This document shows, piece by piece, positions 1-9,414 of a DNA stretch of 64,000 nt. Source of the DNA: an uncultured Polaribacter sp. (GTDB taxonomy: Bacteria > Bacteroidota > Bacteroidia > Flavobacteriales > Flavobacteriaceae); the NCBI GenBank assembly GCA_964565055.1, contig CAZMDC010000011.1, forward strand, positions 5,103-69,102, written 5' to 3'. Position numbers and translations under genes: made by a program. Under the pieces are notes generated by a model. It was not told the DNA's origin. It searched no databases and saw only the letters and a program-made list of their open reading frames with translations. Every line of letters begins with the position of its first letter. The first letter of the stretch is position 1.

Positions 1-470
1 ATAAAAAAAATATACTTTTCTTTTTCAATTATTCGAAATTGTTAAAATTGCAAGTAAATACAAAGATTTAGATAACGTTTTATAAATCTATATTTTTAGA
101 TTTATAAAATAATTCTCTCAAAACTAATATTTTAGGTAGAAAAAAAGTTATTTTAAGAATATTTTTATTATTTTTGACGTCCCTAAAGTATAATTATTAA
201 TACATACAGAGTTATTAGCCTTTACTGATCTAGCTGATGATTGTATTTTTAAGCGAATAAAACTAATTTTTAGTTTACCCTAACTACATCCCTCTGTTTC
301 TATTTATTAGAAGTATAGTTATAGATTCTCTTTCTATGGCAATTCATCTCAAAGATTTTTTTTAGTCTATTAACTTTAAATATTTGCAGCTTAACTAAAA
401 ACTCACCTGTGTGATTTTTTCTTAGCTACATTTGTTTTAAACTATTACATTTTTTAAAATCAATTTAATC

Positions 471-490
471 AAAACACTTTAAAGTGTTTT
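471..490. promoter_or_regulatory. 20-bp perfect palindrome AAAACACTTTAAAGTGTTTT upstream of the large T9SS cargo gene; possible operator
   Basis: Perfect dyad read directly. It ends 36 nt before the ATG at 526, and a partial third half-site AAACAC follows. Confidence 0.3.
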
Positions 491-525
491 AAACACAAAT
501 AGTATTTATCTTTAGAATTATAAGT

Positions 526-3500
526 ATGAAAACAAAATTACTTTTATTTAGCCTTTTTATTTTTCTATCCCCTAAATTTATTTCAGCACAAACATTATAT
601 AATGTTAAATTAGGAACTGATAATAAAAAAATAACAGAAGTCCAGTTTGTTTTTAATGGAAATACTATAACCCAAACAAATGGTTATGGTTCATCTAATG
701 CTCCAGCTTCAAGACAAACTAATTTGCCTGTCTTAATGAATTACTCAAAAATTAACGATGGAGGAACAATAAAAAATTTAAGTTTCTTTAATGCAAGTGG
801 GGCTTATGTTACAAATAATAACTTTACAAATGCAGCAACAGGAGTAGGTGTTTATAACGAAGGAAATGAAACCTTAACCTCTAATGGAGTTCCTGCTTGG
901 GAAGCAGCAATGCAAAATATGGTAGTTAGTAGAAATGCTTTAAACTATTTATTTTACGATGGTTCTTCTAATATTCCTGCAGGTGCAGATTTTGATATTT
1001 ATTGGGCAAAAGCATTAACTAATGACGATAACTTAGTAGTTAGTGAAAGAAATGGAAATACAAATTTTAATATTGTACCTCTAGATATAAATGGTAACGT
1101 AATAACATCAGCTAGAGAACTTAGATTTGGTTTTACAGATGGTGCACAATCTAGTGATGGTAATAAAAAATACGACTGGAATATAGGATATGGTTCTTTA
1201 GGTAGAAATGCAAATCAACCTCAATATTTTTCAGTAATTGATGTTGAGTTATTTAATACTAATCAACCAATTTATGGTTTTAGAATTGATAATAATGGAA
1301 ATGCAGATGTAAAATTCTATGGTCTTTCAGATAATACTTATGATGATAATCCTACAAACCCTTTAGTACCAGGTTTAAAAGGTAACGTTTTTAATGATTT
1401 AGATAAACTAAATGATAATACAGTTGATGGTGCAGGAATTTCATCACCTTCAGGAACTCAATTATACGCAAGTTTATTAAATAGTTCTAATTCTATAATT
1501 GCTACAAAGCCTATTAATAGCGATGGTACTTACGAGTTTTTAAATTTACAAGCAAATAGCAATTATACTGTTGTTTTACATACAACATCTACAGGAAGCT
1601 CAACATCAAACCTGCCAGCAAATTGGATAAATACAGGAGAAAATCAAGGAACTTCAGCAGGAAATGATGGTACAGTTAATGGAAAGATATCAGTATCTGT
1701 AGGAACTGTATTAGAGGCTAATGTTAATTTTGGTATTTTTAAGAATTTAGGCAGTATAGGAGATACAATTTGGTATGACACAAATAACAATGGAGTAAAA
1801 GATGTATCAGAAACTGGATTACAAGGAGCAACTGTTACTTTAGACCCAGGAACTCCAGGAAACACAGCAGATGATTTAACAGATGTAACAGATGCAAATG
1901 GGAACTATTTATTTGAGAGTTTAACATCAGGAAATTATACAATAACTGCAGATACAAGTACTATTACAGGAGGTTTACCAGTAGGAGTAACAATAGCAGA
2001 TTTATCACAAACTTATGATAATGATGGAACAGGAACAGCCAATACAAGTGCTGTAACTTTAACTTCAGGTCAAAACGATTTAGATCAAGATTTTGGATAT
2101 AATGCCCTAGGTAGTATAGGAGATACTGTTTGGTACGATACAGATGGTGATGGAATTTTGGATGCTGGAGAACCAGGGTTACAAGGAGCAACAGTAACTT
2201 TAGATCCAGGAACACCAGGAAATACAGCAGATGATTTAACTACAACAACAGATGCTAATGGTAATTATAGTTTCACTAATTTATCTGCAGGAGGATACAC
2301 AATTACAGTTGATATTAATACTGTAACAACTGGAATTCCAGCTGGTAAAACTCCATCAGATTTAGTGCAAACTTTTGATGCAGATGGCTTAAGTTCACCA
2401 AGTAAAAGTTATATAACTTTAACAGCTGGTCAAGATAATTTAGAACAAGATTTTGCTTGGATTGTGCCTACAGGAGGAACTACTGGAGGAAATGGAGGTG
2501 GAGTTGAATCTGAGTCTTTAGGTGATGCTATTTCTAAAATTTATGTAGGTAGAAAGAAAAACTCAGTACCAACTGTATTTGTAAAAGACAATTCTAACGT
2601 CTATAATAAATCTGTTTTACAAGCAAAACAAGCTTATCAAGGTAAAGGACAGACGATGTTAGATATGTTTCCAACAGAAATGTTTGCTGGTAATGAAGCA
2701 AATATTACTTCACCAACAGATATTTTAGATTATACAGTTGCAGATGAAGTATTATCAGTAGATTTTTCTTTAAATGGAGAAACAAAAGGTGTTGTTTTAG
2801 GTATTAAAACATCAGACAAGATTTACAATCATACTAAGGCTTCATGTGATAGATTAAGAGGTGCAGAAATTTTAAATGTTCAAAAAATTGAAATTGAAGG
2901 TTATAATTTCTTAATGCAAGGACTAAAACAAAGAAATGATGTTGTAGAATATGCAATTTCTTTTGCAACAGCTAAAAATAATAATGATAGTTACTACACC
3001 ATACAATCAAATTGGTATGTAAACGATTATACAAAGTTTAATGACGTTTACAACTTTCAAGTTTGGTCTACAAACCCAGAAGATACCAAAAAATTAGTGG
3101 TAGCTATTTTAAAGAACTTAAAATCTTTTATACCAGTTCAGCAAACAGAAATTCAGAAATTTCCAGAAACATATGCTTCTAAAATTTATAGAGAAAAAGG
3201 TGAATTAATTGTAGAATTAAGAAGTACAGAAGAAGGTAATACAGCAGAAGTTTCAATGGTAGAATTATATTCTGAAACTGCAAATAACGTAAAAAATAGA
3301 ATTAACTCTCTATCTACAGAAATACAACAAAGTCTTCGATTAGATATTGCAGATGGTTATGAATATGATGCTTTAATTAAAGTAGAAAATGAAGTTGAAG
3401 ATGCATTTTATCATGCAGATGGTAATTGGGGGTTAGATTATGATTCTAGATATACAGAAATTAAAAACTACTTTGTTTGGAATGATTTCGACAGAGAATA

Positions 3501-4188
3501 TCAAGATGATGAATATACTATTAATAGAAATGTGGAGTTGCAAGCAACAAGTGATTATGATTATTTAACAGTATATAAATCATTGTTGCCAGGAACTATT
3601 TCTGCAGATTATTCTGAGTATAATTATGTAGCATTTACAGCTAAAGGTTCTGGATTAATGGAGTTAGGTTTACTTAAATCATCAATCGAAGAATGGACAG
3701 CTCAATACAAAGTAATGGTTGATTTATCAGAAGAAGAGCAAACGTATTACGTTCCATTTGATGTGTTTACGTCAAGTGCATCTCAAGAAAATTTAACTGC
3801 AGAAGATTTAACAATGTTAACCTTTACTTTTTTACCTGTACAAGCAAATACCACTAAATTAGATTTAGAAATTTCTGATGTAAAATTTACTAAAACAGCT
3901 GTAGATGAACAAGTTGTAGGTAAAATAGAAACGTTTGAAAACGAATTCATGACCTATCCAAATCCATCTAAAGGAAATGTAAATTTACTTTTGTTTAGTA
4001 AAGTGGAAACTGAAGCTATTGTAACTTTAACAGACATTACTGGTAAAACTATTTATAGAGAGACTGTAACATTAACAACAGGTAAAAATGAGTTAGATTA
4101 TAACTTTAAAGTGAAAGCTGGAATTATGTTATTAAAAGTAGCAAGTAAAGAAATTAATTATGGAACATCTAAAATTATATTTAGATAA
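526..4188 (+). CDS. Large secreted adhesin-like protein with SdrD-B/Cna-B-like repeats and a T9SS C-terminal sorting domain
   Basis: 1220-aa ORF with signal peptide MKTKLLLFSLFIFLSPKFISAQ. Two 120-aa tandem modules carry LGSIGDT[IV]WYDT..GLQGATVTLDPGTPGNTADDLT..DANGNY. The last ~80 aa (YPNPSKGNVNLLL...MLLKV...KIIFR) fit the type-A Por/T9SS sorting-tail pattern. Confidence 0.85.
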   Translation: MKTKLLLFSLFIFLSPKFISAQTLYNVKLGTDNKKITEVQFVFNGNTITQTNGYGSSNAPASRQTNLPVLMNYSKINDGGTIKNLSFFNASGAYVTNNNFTNAATGVGVYNEGNETLTSNGVPAWEAAMQNMVVSRNALNYLFYDGSSNIPAGADFDIYWAKALTNDDNLVVSERNGNTNFNIVPLDINGNVITSARELRFGFTDGAQSSDGNKKYDWNIGYGSLGRNANQPQYFSVIDVELFNTNQPIYGFRIDNNGNADVKFYGLSDNTYDDNPTNPLVPGLKGNVFNDLDKLNDNTVDGAGISSPSGTQLYASLLNSSNSIIATKPINSDGTYEFLNLQANSNYTVVLHTTSTGSSTSNLPANWINTGENQGTSAGNDGTVNGKISVSVGTVLEANVNFGIFKNLGSIGDTIWYDTNNNGVKDVSETGLQGATVTLDPGTPGNTADDLTDVTDANGNYLFESLTSGNYTITADTSTITGGLPVGVTIADLSQTYDNDGTGTANTSAVTLTSGQNDLDQDFGYNALGSIGDTVWYDTDGDGILDAGEPGLQGATVTLDPGTPGNTADDLTTTTDANGNYSFTNLSAGGYTITVDINTVTTGIPAGKTPSDLVQTFDADGLSSPSKSYITLTAGQDNLEQDFAWIVPTGGTTGGNGGGVESESLGDAISKIYVGRKKNSVPTVFVKDNSNVYNKSVLQAKQAYQGKGQTMLDMFPTEMFAGNEANITSPTDILDYTVADEVLSVDFSLNGETKGVVLGIKTSDKIYNHTKASCDRLRGAEILNVQKIEIEGYNFLMQGLKQRNDVVEYAISFATAKNNNDSYYTIQSNWYVNDYTKFNDVYNFQVWSTNPEDTKKLVVAILKNLKSFIPVQQTEIQKFPETYASKIYREKGELIVELRSTEEGNTAEVSMVELYSETANNVKNRINSLSTEIQQSLRLDIADGYEYDALIKVENEVEDAFYHADGNWGLDYDSRYTEIKNYFVWNDFDREYQDDEYTINRNVELQATSDYDYLTVYKSLLPGTISADYSEYNYVAFTAKGSGLMELGLLKSSIEEWTAQYKVMVDLSEEEQTYYVPFDVFTSSASQENLTAEDLTMLTFTFLPVQANTTKLDLEISDVKFTKTAVDEQVVGKIETFENEFMTYPNPSKGNVNLLLFSKVETEAIVTLTDITGKTIYRETVTLTTGKNELDYNFKVKAGIMLLKVASKEINYGTSKIIFR
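1747..2466 (+). repeat. In-frame tandem duplication, 2 x 360 bp, encoding the two SdrD-B-like modules
   Basis: TTAGGCAGTATAGGAGATAC at 1747 recurs as CTAGGTAGTATAGGAGATAC at 2107. TTACAAGGAGCAAC..TTAGA.CCAGGAAC.CCAGGAAA.ACAGCAGATGATTTAAC is present in both copies. Confidence 0.85.
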
Positions 4189-4255
4189 TCTATATTTATA
4201 AAAAATCAATAGTTTAGATAATTTTTAGGGGTATTAATTTAAAACTATTGACTCC

Positions 4256-4285
4256 AAAGAGCTGACGTATGTCAGCTCTTTTTTT
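4256..4285 (+). terminator. Rho-independent terminator after the adhesin gene
   Basis: Stem AAAGAGCTGAC / GTCAGCTCTTT, loop GTAT, followed by a T7 run. Confidence 0.8.
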
Positions 4286-4359
4286 CTTGGTAATTGCAAA
4301 AGATTAGCCCATTAAATATCTTCTGAATTTACTATTTTCGTGATTCATAATTTTTTACA

Positions 4360-6456
4360 TTGAATTTAGACTATCCAATAACATACATAAAAGGTATAAG
4401 TGTACAAAGAGCAACTTTGATTTATACTGAATTGGGTATAAAAACTTGTAACGATTTACTTAATTTTTTTCCTTTTAGATATATTGATAAAACTCAATTT
4501 TATCAAATTAAAGAATTGCAACCAAACTCTTCAGAGGTACAAATTGTTGGTAAAATAACTCAAGTAAAATCAGTAGCACAAAAAAGAGGTAGTAGGTTAG
4601 TGGCAACCTTTCAAGACGCTACTGGTTCTATGGAATTGGTTTGGTTTAAAGGTCAAAAATGGATAAAAGATTCTTTAAAAATTAATGAACCCTATGTAGT
4701 TTATGGTAAGCTAAACCATTATAATGGATCTTTTAGTATTCCACATCCAGAAATGGAATTGGTGTCTGAATACAAAAAAAAGTTGCAAACTAAAATGCAA
4801 CCTATTTATCCGTCTACAGAAAAACTAACAAATTCAGGCGTATCAAATAAGTTGATGCGCAATTATATTCAGAATTTATTACAGCAGTTTTATGATAAAA
4901 TTCAAGAAACATTATCTCAAGAAATAATAATTGATTTTAAGTTGATGCACAAACGAGATGCATTATTGAATGTGCATTTTCCTAAAAGTCAAGAAAATTT
5001 AGCAAAAGCGCAATCTCGTTTAAAATTCGAAGAATTGTTTTTTATACAATTGCAATTGGTGCGAAAAAAACTAATTAATAAAACAAAAATTAAAGGTTTC
5101 GTATTTGAAAATGTAGGAGCTATTTTTAACGAATTTTACAATCATAAATTACCTTTCGATTTAACCAATGCTCAAAAAAGAGTTTTAAAAGAAATTCGAA
5201 AAGATGTTGGTTCTGGAGCACATATGAATCGTTTATTGCAAGGTGATGTTGGTTCTGGTAAAACAATAGTTGCAATTTTAACAATGCTCTTAGCCATAGA
5301 TAATGGTTATCAGGCCACAATTATGGCACCTACAGAAATTTTAGCAAACCAGCATTTTACTGCAGTTTCAGAATTATTAGAAGGTATGGATATTTCTGTA
5401 GCTATTTTAACAGGATCTGTAAAAACAAAAAGAAGAAGAGAAATTCATCAAAGTTTAGAAGATGGAACTTTACATATTTTAGTTGGTACACACGCATTGT
5501 TAGAAGATAAGGTGATTTTTAAGAATTTAGGAATTGCCATTATTGATGAACAACATAGATTTGGTGTAAAACAAAGAGCTAAATTATGGGCAAAAAATAC
5601 GTTACCACCTCATATTTTAGTAATGACTGCAACACCAATTCCAAGAACTTTAGCAATGTCTGTTTATGGTGATTTAGATATTTCTGTAATTGATGAATTG
5701 CCTCCAGGAAGAAAAGAAGTAAAAACTGTTCATAGATTTGATAGCAATCGCTTGTCGGTTTTTAAATTTATGAAAGATGAAATAGCAAAAGGTAGGCAAG
5801 TATATATTGTATACCCATTAATTCAGGAGTCTGAAGCAATGGATTATAAAGATTTAATGGATGGTTATGAAAGTGTTTCTCGTGAATTTCCATCACCTAA
5901 ATACCAAATAAGTATAGTACATGGGAAAATGAAACCTGCAGATAAAGAGTATGAAATGCAGCGTTTTGTTAAAGGTGAAACTCAAATTATGGTTGCAACA
6001 ACTGTAATTGAAGTAGGTGTAAATGTGCCAAATGCAAGTGTTATGATTATTGAGAGTTCAGAACGATTTGGATTAAGTCAATTGCATCAATTAAGAGGAA
6101 GAGTTGGTAGAGGAGCAGACCAAAGTTATTGTATTTTGCTCTCTAGTTTTAAACTTTCTGCAGAAGCAAAAACCAGATTAAAAACTATGGTAGACACTAC
6201 AGATGGTTTTAAAATTGCGGAAGTAGATTTAAAATTACGTGGACCAGGAAATATTATGGGCACACAGCAAAGTGGCGTTTTAAATTTAAAAATTGCTGAT
6301 GTTGTTAAAGATTCAAAAATATTAGTTACTGCAAGAAATACTGCAATTGATGTTTTACAAGAAGATCCTAATTTAAGCAAAGATGAAAACTCACCAATAA
6401 AAATAGCTTTTGTTAAAATGAGTAAATCTTCTAAAATTTGGAGTAATATTAGTTAA
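4360..6456 (+). CDS. recG: ATP-dependent DNA helicase RecG
   Basis: 698 aa with Walker A GDVGSGKT, a DEQH box (IIDEQHRFG), TATPIPRT and QLRGRVGRG motifs, plus an N-terminal wedge/OB region. TTG start. Confidence 0.95.
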   Translation: MNLDYPITYIKGISVQRATLIYTELGIKTCNDLLNFFPFRYIDKTQFYQIKELQPNSSEVQIVGKITQVKSVAQKRGSRLVATFQDATGSMELVWFKGQKWIKDSLKINEPYVVYGKLNHYNGSFSIPHPEMELVSEYKKKLQTKMQPIYPSTEKLTNSGVSNKLMRNYIQNLLQQFYDKIQETLSQEIIIDFKLMHKRDALLNVHFPKSQENLAKAQSRLKFEELFFIQLQLVRKKLINKTKIKGFVFENVGAIFNEFYNHKLPFDLTNAQKRVLKEIRKDVGSGAHMNRLLQGDVGSGKTIVAILTMLLAIDNGYQATIMAPTEILANQHFTAVSELLEGMDISVAILTGSVKTKRRREIHQSLEDGTLHILVGTHALLEDKVIFKNLGIAIIDEQHRFGVKQRAKLWAKNTLPPHILVMTATPIPRTLAMSVYGDLDISVIDELPPGRKEVKTVHRFDSNRLSVFKFMKDEIAKGRQVYIVYPLIQESEAMDYKDLMDGYESVSREFPSPKYQISIVHGKMKPADKEYEMQRFVKGETQIMVATTVIEVGVNVPNASVMIIESSERFGLSQLHQLRGRVGRGADQSYCILLSSFKLSAEAKTRLKTMVDTTDGFKIAEVDLKLRGPGNIMGTQQSGVLNLKIADVVKDSKILVTARNTAIDVLQEDPNLSKDENSPIKIAFVKMSKSSKIWSNIS

Positions 6457-6466
6457 ATTTGTAATT

Positions 6467-7672
6467 GTGAAAATTCCCTTTAAAAAAATATCAATTCTAT
6501 TTTTATCAGTCTGTAGTGTTGTCTTTTTTACTTTTTTTAGTTCTCCATTTCAAAAAAATGAAGACGAAGTTAAAAATGAAGTAAAAAAAGAATTAAGTAA
6601 TATTACAAAAACAAAACTTCCTATAACAGTTGAATATTTTCCTCAAGAAACCACCAAAAAAGTTAATCATAAGTTAGATTCTTTATTAAAACGAATTAAC
6701 AAAAGACATGATTTTCATGGGTCTGTTTTAGTTGCAAAAAATAAAAAAATAGTTTACCAAAATCAAGTAGGCTTTGCCGATTTTAGAAAGAAAGAACCTT
6801 TAAAAGAAGAGTCTGTATTTCAATTAGCATCAGTTAGTAAGCAGTTTACTGCAGCTGCAATTATGCAATTAAAAGAAAAAGGTAAAATTAAACTCACAGA
6901 TACTGTAAATATTTATTTTCCAGAATTTCCATATAAAAATATTACAATCAAGAATTTATTAAATCATACATCTGGCTTACCAAAGTATTTTTGGGTAGCA
7001 GAACACGAATGGAAAGAGAATAAAGCACCAACAAATACTGATTTAATGAACGTTTTGCCACTCTCTAAAGCTCAACGATTTTTTAAACCTGGTCGTAATT
7101 TCGATTATTCAAATACGGGTTATTTTGTTTTGGCGTCGATTATAGAAAAAGTTTCAGGACTTCCTTTTAATCAATACCTCAAAAAAAATATTTTTGATCC
7201 TTTAGATATGAAAAACTCTTATGTGTATAGTTATCAGAATGATACTGTAAGAAAAAATCAATTAAATGGATATCGTTTATACAGAGGATGGAGACATTTA
7301 AAGATTGGGAGTACTGTTAATGATGCAATTGTAGGAGATAAAAATGTATATTCTACTGCAGAAGATTTGTTTAAATGGACGTATGCATTAAATACAGGAA
7401 AAATACTATCTCAAGAATCTTTAATGCAAATGTATGCTAAAGGAGAAACTGTATTTGGTAGAAAAGTTCCTTATGGTTTTGGTTTTAGAATGGATAGAAA
7501 TAATGATAAAAACATTTACCATTATGGAAAATGGAATGGTTTTAGTACAGCTTTAACTAATTATTTAGAAGATGATTTGGTGGTTATTGTTCTAGAACAT
7601 ACGAGTTATAATTCTTTAAAATATTTAAATAAAAAAATAAAGAAAATTATATCAGAAAATTTTAAAGTTTAA
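6467..7672 (+). CDS. Serine hydrolase of the beta-lactamase/PBP4* (class C-like) family
   Basis: S-x-x-K motif (ASVSKQF), Y-x-N motif (YSNTGY) and an N-terminal membrane/signal segment. Confidence 0.8.
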   Translation: MKIPFKKISILFLSVCSVVFFTFFSSPFQKNEDEVKNEVKKELSNITKTKLPITVEYFPQETTKKVNHKLDSLLKRINKRHDFHGSVLVAKNKKIVYQNQVGFADFRKKEPLKEESVFQLASVSKQFTAAAIMQLKEKGKIKLTDTVNIYFPEFPYKNITIKNLLNHTSGLPKYFWVAEHEWKENKAPTNTDLMNVLPLSKAQRFFKPGRNFDYSNTGYFVLASIIEKVSGLPFNQYLKKNIFDPLDMKNSYVYSYQNDTVRKNQLNGYRLYRGWRHLKIGSTVNDAIVGDKNVYSTAEDLFKWTYALNTGKILSQESLMQMYAKGETVFGRKVPYGFGFRMDRNNDKNIYHYGKWNGFSTALTNYLEDDLVVIVLEHTSYNSLKYLNKKIKKIISENFKV

Positions 7673-7695
7673 TAATGAACTTAATTTAGTTTAAT

Positions 7696-7732
7696 AAAAA
7701 AAATCCTAAACATTATGTTTAGGATTTTTTTT
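7696..7732. terminator. Bidirectional rho-independent terminator between convergent genes
   Basis: A8 run, stem AATCCTAAAC / GTTTAGGATT, then a T8 run. It lies between the + gene ending at 7672 and the - gene ending at 7753. Confidence 0.8.
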
Positions 7733-7752
7733 ATTAAAATTTTTAAAGAAAA

Positions 7753-9411
7753 CTACGCTAACATTGTAACTGGGTTTTCAATAAATGTTTTTAATGTTTG
7801 TAAAAACTGAGCACCAACAGCACCATCAACAGTTCTGTGATCACAAGTTAATGTCAATTTCATAGTATTACCCACAACAATTTGTCCGTTTTTAACAACA
7901 GGTTTTTCTACAATTGTACCAACAGATAAAATTGCTGAGTTTGGTTGATTGATGATAGATGTAAAATTATCTATACCAAACATACCTAAATTAGAAACTG
8001 TAAACGTACTGCCTTGCATTTCTGCAGGAGCAATTTTTTTATTCCTTGCTTTACCAGCTAAATCTTTTACAGCAGAACCAATTTGAGTTAAACTTAATTC
8101 ATTAGTATGTTTAATTACAGGAACAAGTAAACCATCATCAACAGCAACAGCAACACCAACATGTATGTGTCTATGATAAATAGTATTATCATCAGACCAA
8201 GAAGTATTTACTTGAGGGTGTTTTTGTAAAGCCATAGCACAAGCTTTTACAACCATATCATTAAAAGATACTTTAGTATCTGGAATTGCATTAATTGTTT
8301 TTCTAGAAGCCATGGCATTTTCCATATCAACTTCTATATTCAAGCTAAAGTCTGGTGCAGAAAATTTAGAGTTCCCTAAAGATTTTGCAATTGCTTTACG
8401 CATTTGAGAATTTTTTACTTCTTCAGATTGCTCTTCACCAGAAACTACAAAACTTTTAGCTTCATTTGCAGCAGCTGGTGCTGAAGTTTCTACTTTTAAT
8501 GAAGTTGAAGGAGTATAGTTTTCTACATCTTTTTTGATGATTCTACCATTTTCTCCAGAACCTTTTACGTCAGCAAGATTAATATCTTTATCTGATGCTA
8601 TTTTTTTAGCTAATGGAGAAGCAAAAATACGACCACCATTTGCATTTGTAGTAGTATTGTTTTCTGATTTTTCTGATGTTTTAGAAGATGTGTCTTCTTT
8701 TTTTGTTTCTTTTTTCTCTTCTTTCTTAGCTGAAGAGTTTTCTTTTTTTGATGAAATATTTCCTCCACTTTTAACAAGAGCAGTTACATCTGTACCTTCT
8801 GGACCAATTATAGCTAATAAACTGTCTACAGGAGCAGTTTCACCTTCATTAACACCAATGTGTAATAAGTTACCTTCGTAAAAAGATTCAAACTCCATTG
8901 TAGCTTTATCTGTTTCAATTTCAGCTAAAATGTCACCTTCTTCCACATTATCTCCAACTTTCTTAAGCCAAGTAGCTACTGTACCATCTGTCATGGTATC
9001 ACTTAAACGTGGCATCGAAATAACTTCTACACCTTCAGGAACATCAGTTTCATCATTATCAGATTTTGAATTATCATCTTCATCATTTTCTTCTTCTGAA
9101 TCCTCATTTTCAGATTTTTCTTCGGTCTCTTTTTCATTACTATTGTCACTTAAAAGTTCAGAAATATCTTCACCTTCTTCACCAATAATAGCTAAAAGTT
9201 TATCAACAGGAGAAGTTTCTCCTTCTTGAATACCAATGTGTAAAAGTGTACCTTCATGAAAAGATTCAAACTCCATTGTAGCTTTATCTGTTTCAATTTC
9301 AGCTAAAATATCACCTTCTTCAATTTTATCTCCAACACTTTTTAACCATTTTGCCACAACACCTTCTTCCATGGTATCACTTAAACGCGGCATATTTACA
9401 ACTGTAGCCAT
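7753..9411 (-). CDS. Pyruvate dehydrogenase complex E2, dihydrolipoyllysine-residue acetyltransferase (two lipoyl domains)
   Basis: Two lipoyl domains each carry the EIETDKATMEFES lipoyl-lysine motif. A peripheral subunit-binding domain (FASPLAKKIA...GSGENGRIIKKDV) and a catalytic domain with DHRTVDG are also present. Confidence 0.93.
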   Translation of the reverse strand: MATVVNMPRLSDTMEEGVVAKWLKSVGDKIEEGDILAEIETDKATMEFESFHEGTLLHIGIQEGETSPVDKLLAIIGEEGEDISELLSDNSNEKETEEKSENEDSEEENDEDDNSKSDNDETDVPEGVEVISMPRLSDTMTDGTVATWLKKVGDNVEEGDILAEIETDKATMEFESFYEGNLLHIGVNEGETAPVDSLLAIIGPEGTDVTALVKSGGNISSKKENSSAKKEEKKETKKEDTSSKTSEKSENNTTTNANGGRIFASPLAKKIASDKDINLADVKGSGENGRIIKKDVENYTPSTSLKVETSAPAAANEAKSFVVSGEEQSEEVKNSQMRKAIAKSLGNSKFSAPDFSLNIEVDMENAMASRKTINAIPDTKVSFNDMVVKACAMALQKHPQVNTSWSDDNTIYHRHIHVGVAVAVDDGLLVPVIKHTNELSLTQIGSAVKDLAGKARNKKIAPAEMQGSTFTVSNLGMFGIDNFTSIINQPNSAILSVGTIVEKPVVKNGQIVVGNTMKLTLTCDHRTVDGAVGAQFLQTLKTFIENPVTMLA

Positions 9412-9414
9412 ATT

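Noticed and set aside
78-109. 13-bp-stem hairpin TTTTATAAATCTA-TATTTT-TAGATTTATAAAA near the window start
   Set aside because: The stem is almost pure A/T (one C:G pair) in AT-rich intergenic DNA. It could be a weak terminator for an upstream gene outside the window, but there is too little evidence to call it.
1644-2215. Antisense ORFs (73 and 83 aa) inside the adhesin repeat region
   Set aside because: They are fully embedded opposite a well-supported CDS. They have low-complexity Leu/His-rich translations with no start context, and are an artefact of repetitive coding sequence.
8534-9229. Two + strand ORFs (115 and 99 aa), Ser/Phe-rich, opposite the E2 gene
   Set aside because: They mirror the Glu/Lys/Asp-rich E2 linkers (GAA/GAT complement gives TTC/ATC). 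The E2 frame has unmistakable lipoyl and catalytic motifs.
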